Positions 51,359-64,000 of a DNA stretch of 64,000 bases are shown piece by piece (positions within the stretch are counted from its first letter, which is position 1; the number at the start of each line of letters is the position of its first letter). The notes below the pieces were generated by a model. That model was not told the DNA's origin. It saw only the letters and a program-made list of their open reading frames with translations, and searched no databases. The translations under genes were made by a program, and so were the position numbers. The DNA comes from Eledone cirrhosa (lineage: Eukaryota): assembly GCA_964016885.1 (NCBI GenBank), contig CAXHJY010000344.1, forward strand, positions 1-64,000, written 5' to 3'.

Positions 51359-52299
51359 TATGCGCACACACGCATAACTATAGAAAATGATGCGAATAGG
51401 ATTTTGCTCACTATACAGTAGCAAAACGTGGAATAATATAGAAAAGACTAAGAGGAAGATAAGGAAAGCCAATTCATGATATGGCAGCTAAAAATACTAG
51501 AGGGTCATGTACGTCTATTGTACCCCTAGTGGCGAACTAGCGTATTTAAGTGGGTCTTAGATAAACTCAATCTAAGAATTAAAGTGGTAGAAAAGTCAGG
51601 GAATCCTAAAACAAAATGTTCCTTTTAAGTCATTGATTGATTTATTTCATTTGCCTCATAGAGAAAGAAAAATATGTTTTAAAGAAGCTCCAAGGGTGTT
51701 GGCCTTAAGTTATAGCTTATTTAGCTTATAGGGAAGTCTAGCACTGATGGTAACACCAGACCTGTCAACTCTTCCCGGGGAGATCTCCCACCCACTTTCG
51801 GGTGGGTGACAGATGTCTTCTCTTGTATAACTTTCATTATGTAAAATCTCCCCATTTTGCCTCATTTCTCCCCGTTTTGGGGCACTTTATTTCATGATAC
51901 TCCCGTTTGTTTTTTTTTTAGGTTGGCAGGTCTGGGTAACACCTATATGTACCATGTTCAATAGTAATATTGATTTCTAGTAAAGGCCAGTAGATTTTTG
52001 AGGAAGGGCAAAGGGGCTTAAATCGATCCCAGTACTTGACTGGTACTTATTTTATAGACCCTGGAAGCAGGACCGGATTTAATAGGAGGCAAAGGGGGGT
52101 AATTGGCCCGGGCCCTCTACAGTGAGGGGTCCACCAGCGACAGCCGTAGCAATTTATTTGTGCCCTCATCTGGGCTTTTTAGTACGGGGGTGGTTAGAAT
52201 TTTCGAACTTGCTATGTATTCTAATTTTTGTGCAAGAGAGGTCCCCGAAACCTGAAGTGCCCTGGGCCCCCCAAGGTCAAAATCCCACCCTGTCTGGAA

Positions 52300-53055
52300 G
52301 AAAGATATTTCAAAATTGAGCTCAACGGGATTTGAACTCAGAGTGTATAGGCCTGAAACAAATGCTGCTAAGCACATTTTCCCGACGCTCTAACAATTCT
52401 GTTAATTCATCGCCCTAAAGTTTGGCACATAACCAGCAGTTTTAAGGGATGGGGAAAGTCGATTAAATCTACCCCAGTGCGTTACTGGTACTTTATTTTA
52501 TCGACCCCGTAAAAATGAAAAGCAAAGCTAACCTCGGCGGAATTTGAACTGAGAACTCAGGACCATAACTATATGCTGCAAAGCATGTTGTCCGACTCTC
52601 TAACGACTGCTAATTTCCCACCCTATCTTCAATAATAATAATTGCTTCTACTTTTGGCACAAGGCCAGCAATTATCCCAGTGCATTACTAGTGCTTTATT
52701 TTATCGAACCCCGTAAAGGCAAAGTTAACCTCGGGGGGGGGGGGGGATTTGAGCTCAAGTCTTAAAGGACCGTAACTCTATGCTGGAAAGCATGGCGTCC
52801 GACCCTCTACCGATACTGCCAATCCACTGGTTTCTGATTTAGGCACAAGGCTAACAATTTTAGAGGAGGACAAAATCGATTAAATCAATACCAGTGTGTT
52901 ACTGGTACTTTATTTTATCGACTCCGTAAAGATGAAAGGCAAAGCTAATAGGCGAGATTTAAACTCTGAACTCGGAATGTAAATGGGCTGTAGCTAATTG
53001 CAGCAAAGCATGTTGTCCGACGCTCTAAAGACTCTGCGAATCACCCGCCCCATCT
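52300..53055 (-). mobile_element. Head-to-tail cluster of about four SINE family A copies
   Basis: Consecutive copies in the same orientation. Confidence 0.82.
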
Positions 53056-54465
53056 TCAATAGTAATATCAACAGCAGTACTACCACAGCTCTATGTGACG
53101 TTCTATATAAACAATGCAATGTCAATGACCTCTGGAAATATTGGAAAATTTGGGAAAAGGCAGATATTTATAGATAGACAGAGAGAGTGTGGGGCGGCAG
53201 ATATATATATATATACAATGATAATAAATAAATGGAGACTATATTTATTGAATATTCCTTCTGCTTATATATATATATATATGTAGGAGGTGAGTTTTAT
53301 TGTGGTACAATAAAGCAATGCAGATATCGGAATATATACATACACACATACGTACGTATGTACGTATATTATATAACGAAAGAGAGAGAGAGTGAGGTGG
53401 GGGGGGGGGGACAAACGAATGTGACCGGTAGATAGACACTTACATATACACACTTTGATGTAAAATCATACATACACACATGTACATACGCTCATTTAGA
53501 CACTTGTACACATCCTCTATATTTCTTTCTCACTTCCTCTCTCTCACTTTCTATCTTTCTCTGGAAGAAATCAGCTGTGTTCAGGCCTGGAGATGGGTGG
53601 GCTCCGCCAGGCTTAAAATGGCCAAGAAACGCCGTATGTCAATGCAGCGTCACTAACGACTCTATAAGGAGTTACGGGCGACATATACACACACATATGC
53701 ATATACACATGCACACACGCAAATGATCGTTCGAAGCATACAACGTGAAATTAACGAGTATTTGGTTGAGTTTTCCACAGGCACGTGTATTCTTCAAGTA
53801 AATCTCAGGAAAATACAGCATGAAACTGTGTGTGACATACCTGTAATTCAATGGGAATTACAGGTATAACATATTTTTGCCAGCTAAGCAGACTGGAAGA
53901 ACGTTAAATAAAGCGTATTGCTCAAGAACACAATGCGTTGCTGGTAATCGAACTAGCAACCTTACGATCGTGAACCGATGACCTTAATTACTAAGTCACA
54001 AACACTCACACATACACACGAGCGCGCGCGCACATACACAGATACACATACACACATACGTGCACATACACATACACACATATTCACACAAACAGGCACA
54101 CGCACACACACAATACACAGACTCGCACGCATTCACATAAACACACGTACACACACACACACTTAAACAGACACATACACAGAAACACGCAGAAACAAGC
54201 ACGCACACACACATACATAAACAGACACACACACATATATATACATACTATACTGTGAAACATTCCACTGTAATAATTGGTGAAACGCCGAATGATATAC
54301 ACACCTTTTACTACATTACACATTAACGGTCATTAGAGTTACTTCCCTTTGTTTATTTATACAATAATAGTCTCACTTATAGGCGCAATGTGGTGGTGGC
54401 GGCGGCGGTGGTGATGTTGTTGTTGTTGTTGGTGCTACATCAGTTGTAGCTATATAACGAGCAAC

Positions 54466-54498
<33 letters not shown>

Positions 54499-54944
54499 TA
54501 TATTGATGGTGGTGGTGGTAATGACGTTTTCTGGTTATCGAGAGGAAGAGTTAGAGATTGAGAGTGAGAGAGTGAGAGAGAGAGAGAGAGAGAGTGCGTG
54601 AGAGAGAGAGGATGTGAGAGCGAGAGAAAAAATGAGGTAGAGAGAAAGATAGATTAATGGTAGACTAATGACCATATAAATATGTAACTGCGCTATAGAA
54701 GTGTGTAGTAGACGACAATGACTAGGTCTCGGGTTCGATCCCACTGCATGTCATCTTGAACAACTGTCATTTACCATAGCCTTAGGTGAGCCAGAGAGAC
54801 GGAAACTGTTTGGAAGCCCACAAGATGGACTTTACTTGTAACTCAAACGGCTGGCTTTGTCACATATTGTGTCGTACTGAATCTCCCTGAGAACTACATT
54901 AAGAGTACACATGTCTATGAAGTACTCAGCCACATACCACATAA

Positions 54945-55325
54945 TGGTTTGTGATTTAGGCACAAGGCCAACAGTTTAGTGATGGTGGTGGGGGGTCGAC
55001 TTAGTCTACCTCAGTGCATTACTGGTACTTTATGTTATCGACTCTGTAAAGATGAAACGCAAAGCTAAGCTCGGCGAAATTTGAACTCAGAACGTAAAGA
55101 TCCGTAACTCTATGCCGCAAAGAATGTTATCCGGCGCTCTACCGATACAGCCAATCCATCGCCCTAAACATGAATAATAGTAATAATGGTTTCTGATTCA
55201 GGCACAAGACCAACAATTGTGGGGCGGGGATGCGAAAGTCGATTAAATCTAACCCAGTACGTTACTGGTACTTTATTTTATAGACCCCTCCTCCTGTAAG
55301 GATGAAAAGAAAAGCTCAGCTCGGC
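54945..55325 (-). mobile_element. Two SINE family A copies
   Basis: Body motifs repeated. Confidence 0.8.
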
Positions 55326-55609
55326 TGACCATAAAATACAAGGAATACTGAACCTGTAATTTTGAGAATTATGTTAAAATTTCAGGTGTTTAAGGAATGC
55401 TCAGTCACTTGCATGTTAATTTCACAAACTGATTGTCCCGTTGGTCAACAACAGCAACTGTCATCGTCGAAAACGATGTAGGCCCATTCCAGAACTGGAC
55501 AGACGAACTGTACAATTACTTCTAGCTGCTGTCTAGAAAGGTTAATTATAGGCAATCCTTGTTTGACGACCCAGTCGTAAAGCGATTTGACTGGTGAACG
55601 GAATCCTCG

Positions 55610-55868
55610 CTTAACGACCATGGGTCCATTACATCGACATGGTCGTAAAATATTTCAGATATTTATATTTGAAATGTGGGGACCAGCTGGCAGGAGTCCC
55701 ACGGCTAGACCACGAGCAAGATCGTTGGATAACATCCATGAGCTTGGCTGGTCTCGCTTGGGGATCCAGTTGGAGACAGTTGCTTCTGACATGACCGACT
55801 GAAAGGAGTGTTTCAAGACTGTTTCCATGACCGTCTCAGGAAGAAGAAGAAGAAGAAGAAGAAGAAGT
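55610..55868 (+). mobile_element. RTE (Expander/Rex3-like) 3' end with (GAA)n tail
   Basis: RSPTARPRARSLDNIHELGWSRLGI resembles RP.GRPRTRW.D.I..L.W.RLGI. GAA repeats at 55840-55867. Confidence 0.7.
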
Positions 55869-56163
55869 CCCAACGAAAATGACCATAATAGTTCTTTCTA
55901 GCATTGGCTAGAATTTGGGGGAAGGATGAAAGTCGATTATATGGACCCCGGTATTTAACTGGTACTTTATTTTAACGACCGTGGGAGGATGAAAGGCAAA
56001 GGTGACCACAGTGGAATTGGAACTTAGAACGTAGAAAGCCGCAACTAAACACCGCAAACCTTTTTATCCGACAGTCTACTGACTGTCAATCCACCGCCTT
56101 AGACTATAATAATAGTTTGTGTGTGTGTGTGTGTGTCTGTGTGATTAAGGAGTTCTACTATAG

Positions 56164-56867
56164 AAGGGGTCTCAAACTCAAGGCTTCAAAAGGGCCATTA
56201 TGTCCTGGGGTTGAGGCACAACGGACTGAAATTGGGGGGGGGGGGGGGGGTGATCGTGATTTCCACCAGTTATAATGTTAATCTGCAATACAGCTGATAG
56301 GTTGCTATTTATTCTATTAAAATGAGTACGTGTGTGATTGTAAGTGGGATATGTGAATTACTATAAAATGTAGAACAAATTTTCCGTTTCGAATTTCGAA
56401 TAGGCTACTTTGCCGGTCCCGGTAAAATAGACAAACGTGCTTTTAAAGCTAATTTTACCGGTCTCGGTAAATATAAATAGTGTTAGTGTTGGGTTAGGGT
56501 TTAAATTGTCTTAATAATTGGTGGTGAAAATAAATAAACTTCCGTGTTTTGTTATTTTTAACATTACTTACCCTCATAACAATAGTTTCTAATTTAGGCA
56601 CAAAGCCAACAATTTGGAGATTATTAAATCGACCCCAGTGCATTACTGGTGCTTTATTTTATCGACCCCGTAAGGACGAAAGGCAGAGCTAACTTCGGCG
56701 GGGTTTGAACTCATAAAGATCCGCAACTCTATGCTGCAAAGCATGGTGTCTGACACTCTTACCGGCAAAATAGCCTCATCCTTCTAAATTTCCTTAATTA
56801 GCCACGAAAATTGTTCTACCGTGAGCCATTGAAACGTAATATGCAGGCCGCGTGTTTCAGACCCCTG
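56164..56867. mobile_element. hAT-type MITE with a nested SINE (about 56583-56765)
   Basis: TIRs aaggggtctcaaac and gtttcagacccctg. 8-bp TSD tactatag/tactagag. Confidence 0.75.
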
Positions 56868-56892
56868 TACTAGAGTCTCTAAACGACCTATA

Positions 56893-57108
56893 CGAGGGGG
56901 TGCTGAAATGTTTCTGGCTTTAAGCTGCTATAGAGACCTGGCTGGAGGCCCAACCTTCCGAGTTGTTTTTACAGGGCTTAGAAAAACTGAAGGACCGCTG
57001 CAATAAGTGTGAGAATACGAGAGGGGAATATGTTGAATAAAATCATAATTAACTGATCCTCCTGTATTATCTTTTACCCAAAGCCAGGAATTGTTCAGCA
57101 CCCCCTCA
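56893..57108 (+). mobile_element. Mariner deletion derivative (MITE)
   Basis: TA-cgagggggtgctgaaatgtttctggcttt ... aaagccaggaattgttcagcaccccctca-TA. Retains the transposase C-terminus GLEKLKDRCNKCENTRGEYVE*. Confidence 0.88.
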
Positions 57109-57310
57109 TAGATACTTACATACAGACATTGAACGCCCGTAGCGTAGTGGTTAAGGTGTTCGGCTCATGAAGTTGTCGGTGTGTTGTGTCCTTGAGCAAG
57201 GCAGTTTATTTCATGTTTGCTAATCTATCTCCGGCGAAATGTTATTTTAAGTGGTAGAATTCAATTAATTTTCTTTACATATTAAAAGATTATTATATAC
57301 ACACACACAT

Positions 57311-57348
<38 letters not shown>

Positions 57349-57439
57349 TAAAATAACAGATTAAAGTTTAAGCAAAGAATCGCTGCTTTCACCCTTAACG
57401 GGTCTTCAAATTTATTATATATATATATATATATATACA

Positions 57440-57910
57440 GGCACTCCGTCGGTTACGACGACAAGTGTTCTAAGTGACCTGATCAACGAAACAGTCTGCT
57501 CGTGAAATTAACGTGCAAGTGACTGAGCATTCCACAGACATCTCTGGGAGATTCAGCACGAACCGAACGTGACAAGGCTGGCCCTTCGAATTACAGGTAC
57601 AACTCATTTGTACTAGCTTCGGTAGTGTCTTGCTCAAGGATACAACGCTGTGGGAATCGAACTCACGACCTTACGGTTATGAGCCGAATACTTTAACCAC
57701 AAAGCCACGCTTATATATTATAATTGTTTCTACTTTTGGCACAAGGCCAGCAATTACCCAGTGCATTACTGGTACTTTATTTTATCGACCCCGTAAGGAT
57801 GAAAGGCAAAGTTAACCTCGGCGGGATTTGAACTCAGAATGGCAAGGGCCGTAACTCTATGCATCAAAGCATGGCATCCAACCCTCTACCGATACTGCCA
57901 ATTCACCGCT
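57440..57910 (-). mobile_element. SINE family B followed by SINE family A
   Basis: Copies at 57440-57712 and 57722-57910. Confidence 0.85.
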
Positions 57911-58034
57911 TATATATTATAATATCATACAAACAGACATATATAAGTACGTGTATATATATTATAGTACATAGTTATATATAAGTAATACCTCCTACTA
58001 ACCAGCATATAAGTATCTATACATAAATGTAAGT

Positions 58035-58093
<59 letters not shown>

Positions 58094-58094
58094 T

Positions 58095-58197
<103 letters not shown>

Positions 58198-58437
58198 TCC
58201 ATTTGTCTTCATAGTTGAAGCTCAATATAGTATGATATTATGTTTATATTGAAAGAAGTAAATATTTGAGTTACGGAGAATCAATCGTTTGTCAACATAG
58301 ATCCTCCCTAAGTGTGCGTGAGTGTGTGTGTGTGTGTATATATGTATGTATGTATGTATGTGTGTGTCTGTGTTGGGGCGTGTATGAGCGAATCAGTTTA
58401 TTATCCTTGTGGTAAATGTTTACTTATCCCGAACGTA

Positions 58438-58484
<47 letters not shown>

Positions 58485-58540
58485 CCAGTGGACCTATACT
58501 GTACATCAGCTGGAGGAACAACGTAGCAAGATAAGGCAAG

Positions 58541-58571
<31 letters not shown>

Positions 58572-58660
58572 CCTTATCGTTACGTTTATACTGGCGCGCA
58601 TGTATAAATACATGTGTGTGAATATATAGGGTAAGAAAGAAAGAAAGAAAGAAAGAGAGG

Positions 58661-58694
<34 letters not shown>

Positions 58695-59331
58695 TTGAGA
58701 GAGAGAGAGAGACGGAAGTAGCGTAATAATGAATGAATAAAACCACACAAATGTGTAAGTAGTTAAGCGAGATATGTTACCTATATACTTGTATAAAACA
58801 CACAGATATATATATACAGATGCACATACTTATATACATACATGCTCACACACACACAGTGATACTTATGAATGATATCATCCACTGCACATACATACAT
58901 ATACAAACATACACATATGTATGTACATGTTCTCACACACACACACACAGAAATATATATATATATATGAGAGAGAAAAAGAGTGAGTGAGAAGGAAAGA
59001 CAGAGAGAGAAAGGGAGAGAGAAAGAGAGAGAAAGACAGAAAGGAATGAAAGAAAGAGAGAAAGAAAGAGAGAGAGAAAGAAAGAGAGAGAGAAAGAAAG
59101 AGAGAAAGAAAGAGAGAAAGAAAGAAAGAAATCCCGGCCGCGGCGTCAAGCGGTTTCGGCTTGCGTGTTCAACAAGCCTTTTCATATATATCCAGAAAAT
59201 AGCCGTCGAAACAGCTTGAGTCCTGCCGTCGGAGTTAAACATTTTCCTATTACCATTACCCACTCTACTACCTTAAGTATTGAGTACTCTGGTGCGTTAT
59301 GGTCCATCTTGTTCCTTACCACACTCCTTCG

Positions 59332-59381
<50 letters not shown>

Positions 59382-59447
59382 AGGAAGCTCCAACCGTTAA
59401 GGTTGTCTTTTTTTCGTGTATGTCAATATTTATTAATAAAAAAAATC

Positions 59448-59512
59448 TGTATTTTATCTGATGAAAACGCACCATAATTTGCTTTGGTTGCCCTTGAAAT
59501 ATATATAATACA
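59448..59512 (+). ncRNA. Minimal type I hammerhead ribozyme (sibling of 25213-25280)
   Basis: CTGATGA at 59458-59464. Imperfect stem II gcacca/tggttgc. GAAA at 59496-59499. Palindromic ATATAT. AUA site at 59505. Stem I tgtatt..a/taataca. Confidence 0.68.
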
Positions 59513-59665
59513 ATAAATATGGTTTTATAAATATAGTTTCCATTTATTAATATATTGTATATATATATATAATATTAAAACTCCAAGATTATTTCTCTGT
59601 TGAGTGCTTTCAATCTATTGTAAAACTGTATTCATTGAGTAATCAATGAGCCATATTAATCTTTG

Positions 59666-59704
<39 letters not shown>

Positions 59705-60505
59705 AATACGCGATCCCTGCTGTTCCACAAGTATTTTCAAGAGTGTATTCTTGTGGAACTCAAGTTAAAACCACCGGGCTCGCCCTCGGGTTGTCCATCT
59801 TCACTATATGTATGTGTGTGGTTACGTGTGTGTGTGTGTGTGTGTGTGTGATTACAGTGACAATGACAATGATTTTGAAAGACGAAATATCAACAATATA
59901 TTTTAAACGTGGCCGTAACCTGTGTGTACAGACAGACACACATAAATACACACATGTACACACACATACCACACACATACATATATCGTATGCTCGCCCT
60001 CCCCAAGACAATAACAAACCTACTTACCACATGAGTTGTTACTATATCATTTTCGTTTAGTACTCACAGTACCATTGTTGTTGTTTGTTGTTGTAATAGC
60101 TACGAGTGTTGTTGTTTATTGTTGTTGTCTTATATGTGTAAGCCTGTGCAAATCTGTATTTACGTAACTCCATTTCGTACAGACCACAACACAGAATCAG
60201 ACACACAGACACAAAGTCACACAGACCTACAGGTGCGTGTACGTATGTATGTATGTATGTATATATATATATATAGAGAGAGAGAGAGGGAGAGAGAGAG
60301 ATAGAGAGACAGACAGAGAAAGAGACAGGCAGAGACAGAAAGAGAGGTGTAAACACACACAAATACACATACGCAGACCTACAGGTGTGTGCGTATGTGT
60401 ATACGAGGTTTACTTTGCCTTTCATCCTTACGGGGGGGGGGGGTCAATAAAATAGAGTACCAGTAATGCACTGGGTAATTGGTGGCTTGTGCCAAAAGTA
60501 GAAAC

Positions 60506-60579
<74 letters not shown>

Positions 60580-60909
60580 GTGCACACACACAAATATACA
60601 GACTTACAGGTGTGTGTGTTTGTGCGCGTGTATATATATATAGAGAGAGAGAGGGAGAGAGAGAGAGACAGTCACACACACTTACAAACACACACGATAA
60701 TCCACGAAACTCAGATTAGCAACAGAGTAATCACTGGAATACAATACTCTCTACTTTGGTATTGAGTACTTTTTCGTTTCCCCCTGACGCACGGATATAT
60801 ATATATGTGTGTGTGTGTGTGTGTATGTATGTATATTAAACTAATATATTTCTTCCATGTACTGAACCGTTTTGTTATTTCTGTTTACCTTTAACATACA
60901 CACACACAT

Positions 60910-60985
<76 letters not shown>

Positions 60986-61467
60986 GGTGGCTGCCAACTC
61001 GTTTTCGAGTACGGCCACTACTTTATATCCATCTAGGAGAACCCCCACCGATGCGCTGTACGAGTGTGACTTTTTAGTCCAGCCAGCGACTTGAAAACTC
61101 TGGTACAAACACTACACCTGTGACAATTATTGACACATAGTGCTGGGCCCATGGTACCATGTGACGACAAGTGCAGAGAGATCTCCAGATATAAAACAAT
61201 GCCTGTGCCGTGAAGCTTTTATTATGAGCAAAGGCACTGCACAAAGCCAGTCCCACTCTCTTAACCAAGATGATATTTACCAAAAAGAACAAGTCAACAT
61301 CATTGGATACCATCAGGGTTGCAGGTGTTATATCAGAGTTTTCCTTCTCCTAGAATTCTGCCTTGACAAAGGTTAAGGGGTCATCTCTGCCGGTGATTTT
61401 GGATGGCTATTGACTCTTAAGAGCTCCTTTGCCCTTTGACAGGTTTTGTTTTTAGTCCTGCAGAATG

Positions 61468-61592
61468 TCATACATACATACATATATATATATTTATACA
61501 AATATGTATATATATTTATACAAATATGTATATATATATATATATATAAATGTGTGCGTATACGTATGTGTGTGTATACGTATGTATGTATG

Positions 61593-61628
<36 letters not shown>

Positions 61629-61689
61629 CGTATGTATGTATGTATCTGTGTATATATATACACACACATACATACATATACATATATAT

Positions 61690-61722
<33 letters not shown>

Positions 61723-61738
61723 ATATACATATATATAT

Positions 61739-61778
<40 letters not shown>

Positions 61779-61846
61779 ACAAAAACATACACACATATAT
61801 ATATATATATATACATACACACACATACACACACACATATATATAT

Positions 61847-61907
<61 letters not shown>

Positions 61908-61954
61908 CAAAAACATACACACATATATATATATATATATACATACACACACAT

Positions 61955-61987
<33 letters not shown>

Positions 61988-61992
61988 CATAC
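61468..61992. repeat. Mixed (TA)n/(CA)n/(TG)n microsatellite
   Basis: Simple repeats; the ORFs are artefacts. Confidence 0.9.
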
Positions 61993-63016
61993 TGTCACAA
62001 TGCAATCATCGTGACTTAGTGAAAACAAAAAAGCAGACTACACTAGTGATGATGGTGGTGGCGTGCAACAAGTGAGAAGATTACGGTTTCGTGTGCACTA
62101 CACTGACATGCACACACGCACGTCAGTAGGTGCATGCATGCATGCATCTACTGACATATATAATATATATATATATGTATACGTACATAAACGCGCGTGT
62201 GCGCAGTGGATCTCAGTCGGTGTCGACGATGAGTCAAATATTTTTCTTTTTGTTCGATCAACGAAACATCCTGGCTGAGTATTCCATAGGAATGTTGTTT
62301 AACCTTAATGAAACCCTTGGAGAGATTCAGTGTGATGTATTGCGTGACAAGGACGGCACCTTTTCATTTGAATTACAGGTAGAGTCCATCCAACGGGCTT
62401 CTAAGCAGCCTCCGTCTACCTTATTTCACCTCATAATGCTTGGGTGGACTCCAAGCTATGGTAAATCATATTTCACCAAAATGCCACACTGAGATCGAAC
62501 CCGGGGCTTAAAGATTTACATCGATAATATATAATCTCGGGTCGCGAATAATCGTTCCTCACTCCCAACTTTTTAATTTTTCAGATTTTTTCCAACCCAT
62601 TTCACTCGTTCTTATACCCCCCCCCCCATTAAATTTTACTTATGTATCTCCGACGAAATGTTATTTTAAGTGGAAGCAATCAATTAAGCGACAATTTTCT
62701 TTATACACTAAAAATATTATACATGACAACCTAAAACAATTACCACCCCATCCCTCCCCCGCTTACCCCCCACCCCGCTTATTTGGGACGACCAGAGAGT
62801 ATACATACGGGAGTGACAATTACAGAGTCTATCGTGGCCCACAACAAAGAGCCAGATTTTCAGCTGCTGGTGCCCGAAGCTGTATGAAATTTAAGGCCCT
62901 TCTCTAAAAACAACATTCGGGTAAAAAAATGTTCAATAATTATAATTGATTATTATTTATCATATTAATGTTAATGATAAATAATATCTATCGATATATA
63001 TCTATATATATATATA

Positions 63017-63100
<84 letters not shown>

Positions 63101-63274
63101 TTTGATGATTTAGTGTTAAAGAATAAAAACTAACGATAAAATTAAAATGCATTTTAAAAAATGAGCCCCCCCCCCCACCTGAGGGTATCAACGGAGATTA
63201 CCTAGAAAATTACAGATTTTGCAAATCCCCCGCTTATTCCAACCCCCTTCCCTCTATTACTTGGAACCCAAAAG

Positions 63275-63306
<32 letters not shown>

Positions 63307-63584
63307 GGATCTTGTTGATAATCTGCCAAATTCCTATATTACACTTTGCATCTTAAAAGCTGACTATCCTTCTCCTCCTCATCAACAAAAACAACAACGA
63401 CAACCACCATCACCACCATCACCACACCAAATCCCATACGTTATAAAATAAATAGGATGGGTTGGTAGTCTCAATATGTAAACTAAACGACCTATTCTGT
63501 TTTTTTTTTAAATTAACGGAGACAACCTAGAAAAATTACCGATTTTCCATCTTCCTCATATTCCGCTCCCACATGTCCCATGCT

Positions 63585-64000
63585 CCATTATAAAGTCACA
63601 AGCACCATTCTAAAGTGTCACGCCCCATTCTAAAGTCACACGCCCCATTCTAAAGTGTCAAGCCCTATTCTAAAGTCCCACACACCATTCTAAAGTGTCA
63701 CGCCCCATTCTAAAGTCACATGCCCCATTTTAAAGTCACACGCCCCATTTTCAACTCCCACGTTCCATTCTAAAGTCACATGCCCCATTCTAAAGTCACA
63801 CGCCCCATTTTCAACTCCCACGTTCCATTCTAAAGTCACACGCCCCATTCTAAAGTCACACGCCCCACTCTAAAGTCACACACCTTATTCTAAAGTGTCA
63901 CGCCCCATTCTAAAGTGACACGCCCCATTCTAAAGTCACAAACTCCATTCTAAAGTCACACGCCCCATTCTAAAGTCACACGCCCCATTCTAAAGTGTCA
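63585..64000. repeat. 20-21-bp tandem satellite running off the window end
   Basis: About 20 units of cgccccattctaaagtcaca / cgccccattctaaagtgtca. Confidence 0.93.

Noticed and set aside
55560-55605. TTGACGA ccagtc/gactgg GAAC motif
   Set aside because: Lacks A15.1, stem III and a cleavage triplet.
57365-57420. Minus-strand TTGAAGA ccc/ggg t GAAA hammerhead
   Set aside because: No convincing stem I. The TTGAAGA appears to come from the element end gtcttcaaatttatt, which is also seen at 47406 without this context.

Overview
Repeat-saturated, AT-rich animal DNA. The SINE families and microsatellite density suggest a cephalopod (Octopus-like) genome; this is an inference. I found no convincing host gene, and nearly all long ORFs in the track are translations of simple repeats. 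Recognisable coding relics are: a Tc1 DD34E transposase (1576-2593) broken only by single-base deletions; a near full-length RTE LINE (minus strand, 3752-7015) with a C4HC3 PHD-like finger inside its RT domain; short RTE and CRE-like fragments; mariner, Tc1 and hAT MITEs; and dozens of tRNA-derived SINEs. The most notable signal is at least nine short type I hammerhead-ribozyme (HHR) motifs from about six sequence families, folded by eye. They lie in small non-coding elements beside (TA)n tracts, some as inverted or fold-back pairs, which resembles Penelope-like pseudo-LTRs. Most have a palindromic or near-palindromic stem III (dimer type). Several have non-canonical cores: U3-A8 (TTGAAAA), C4 (YCGAAGA), and an unpaired 10.1/11.1 position.
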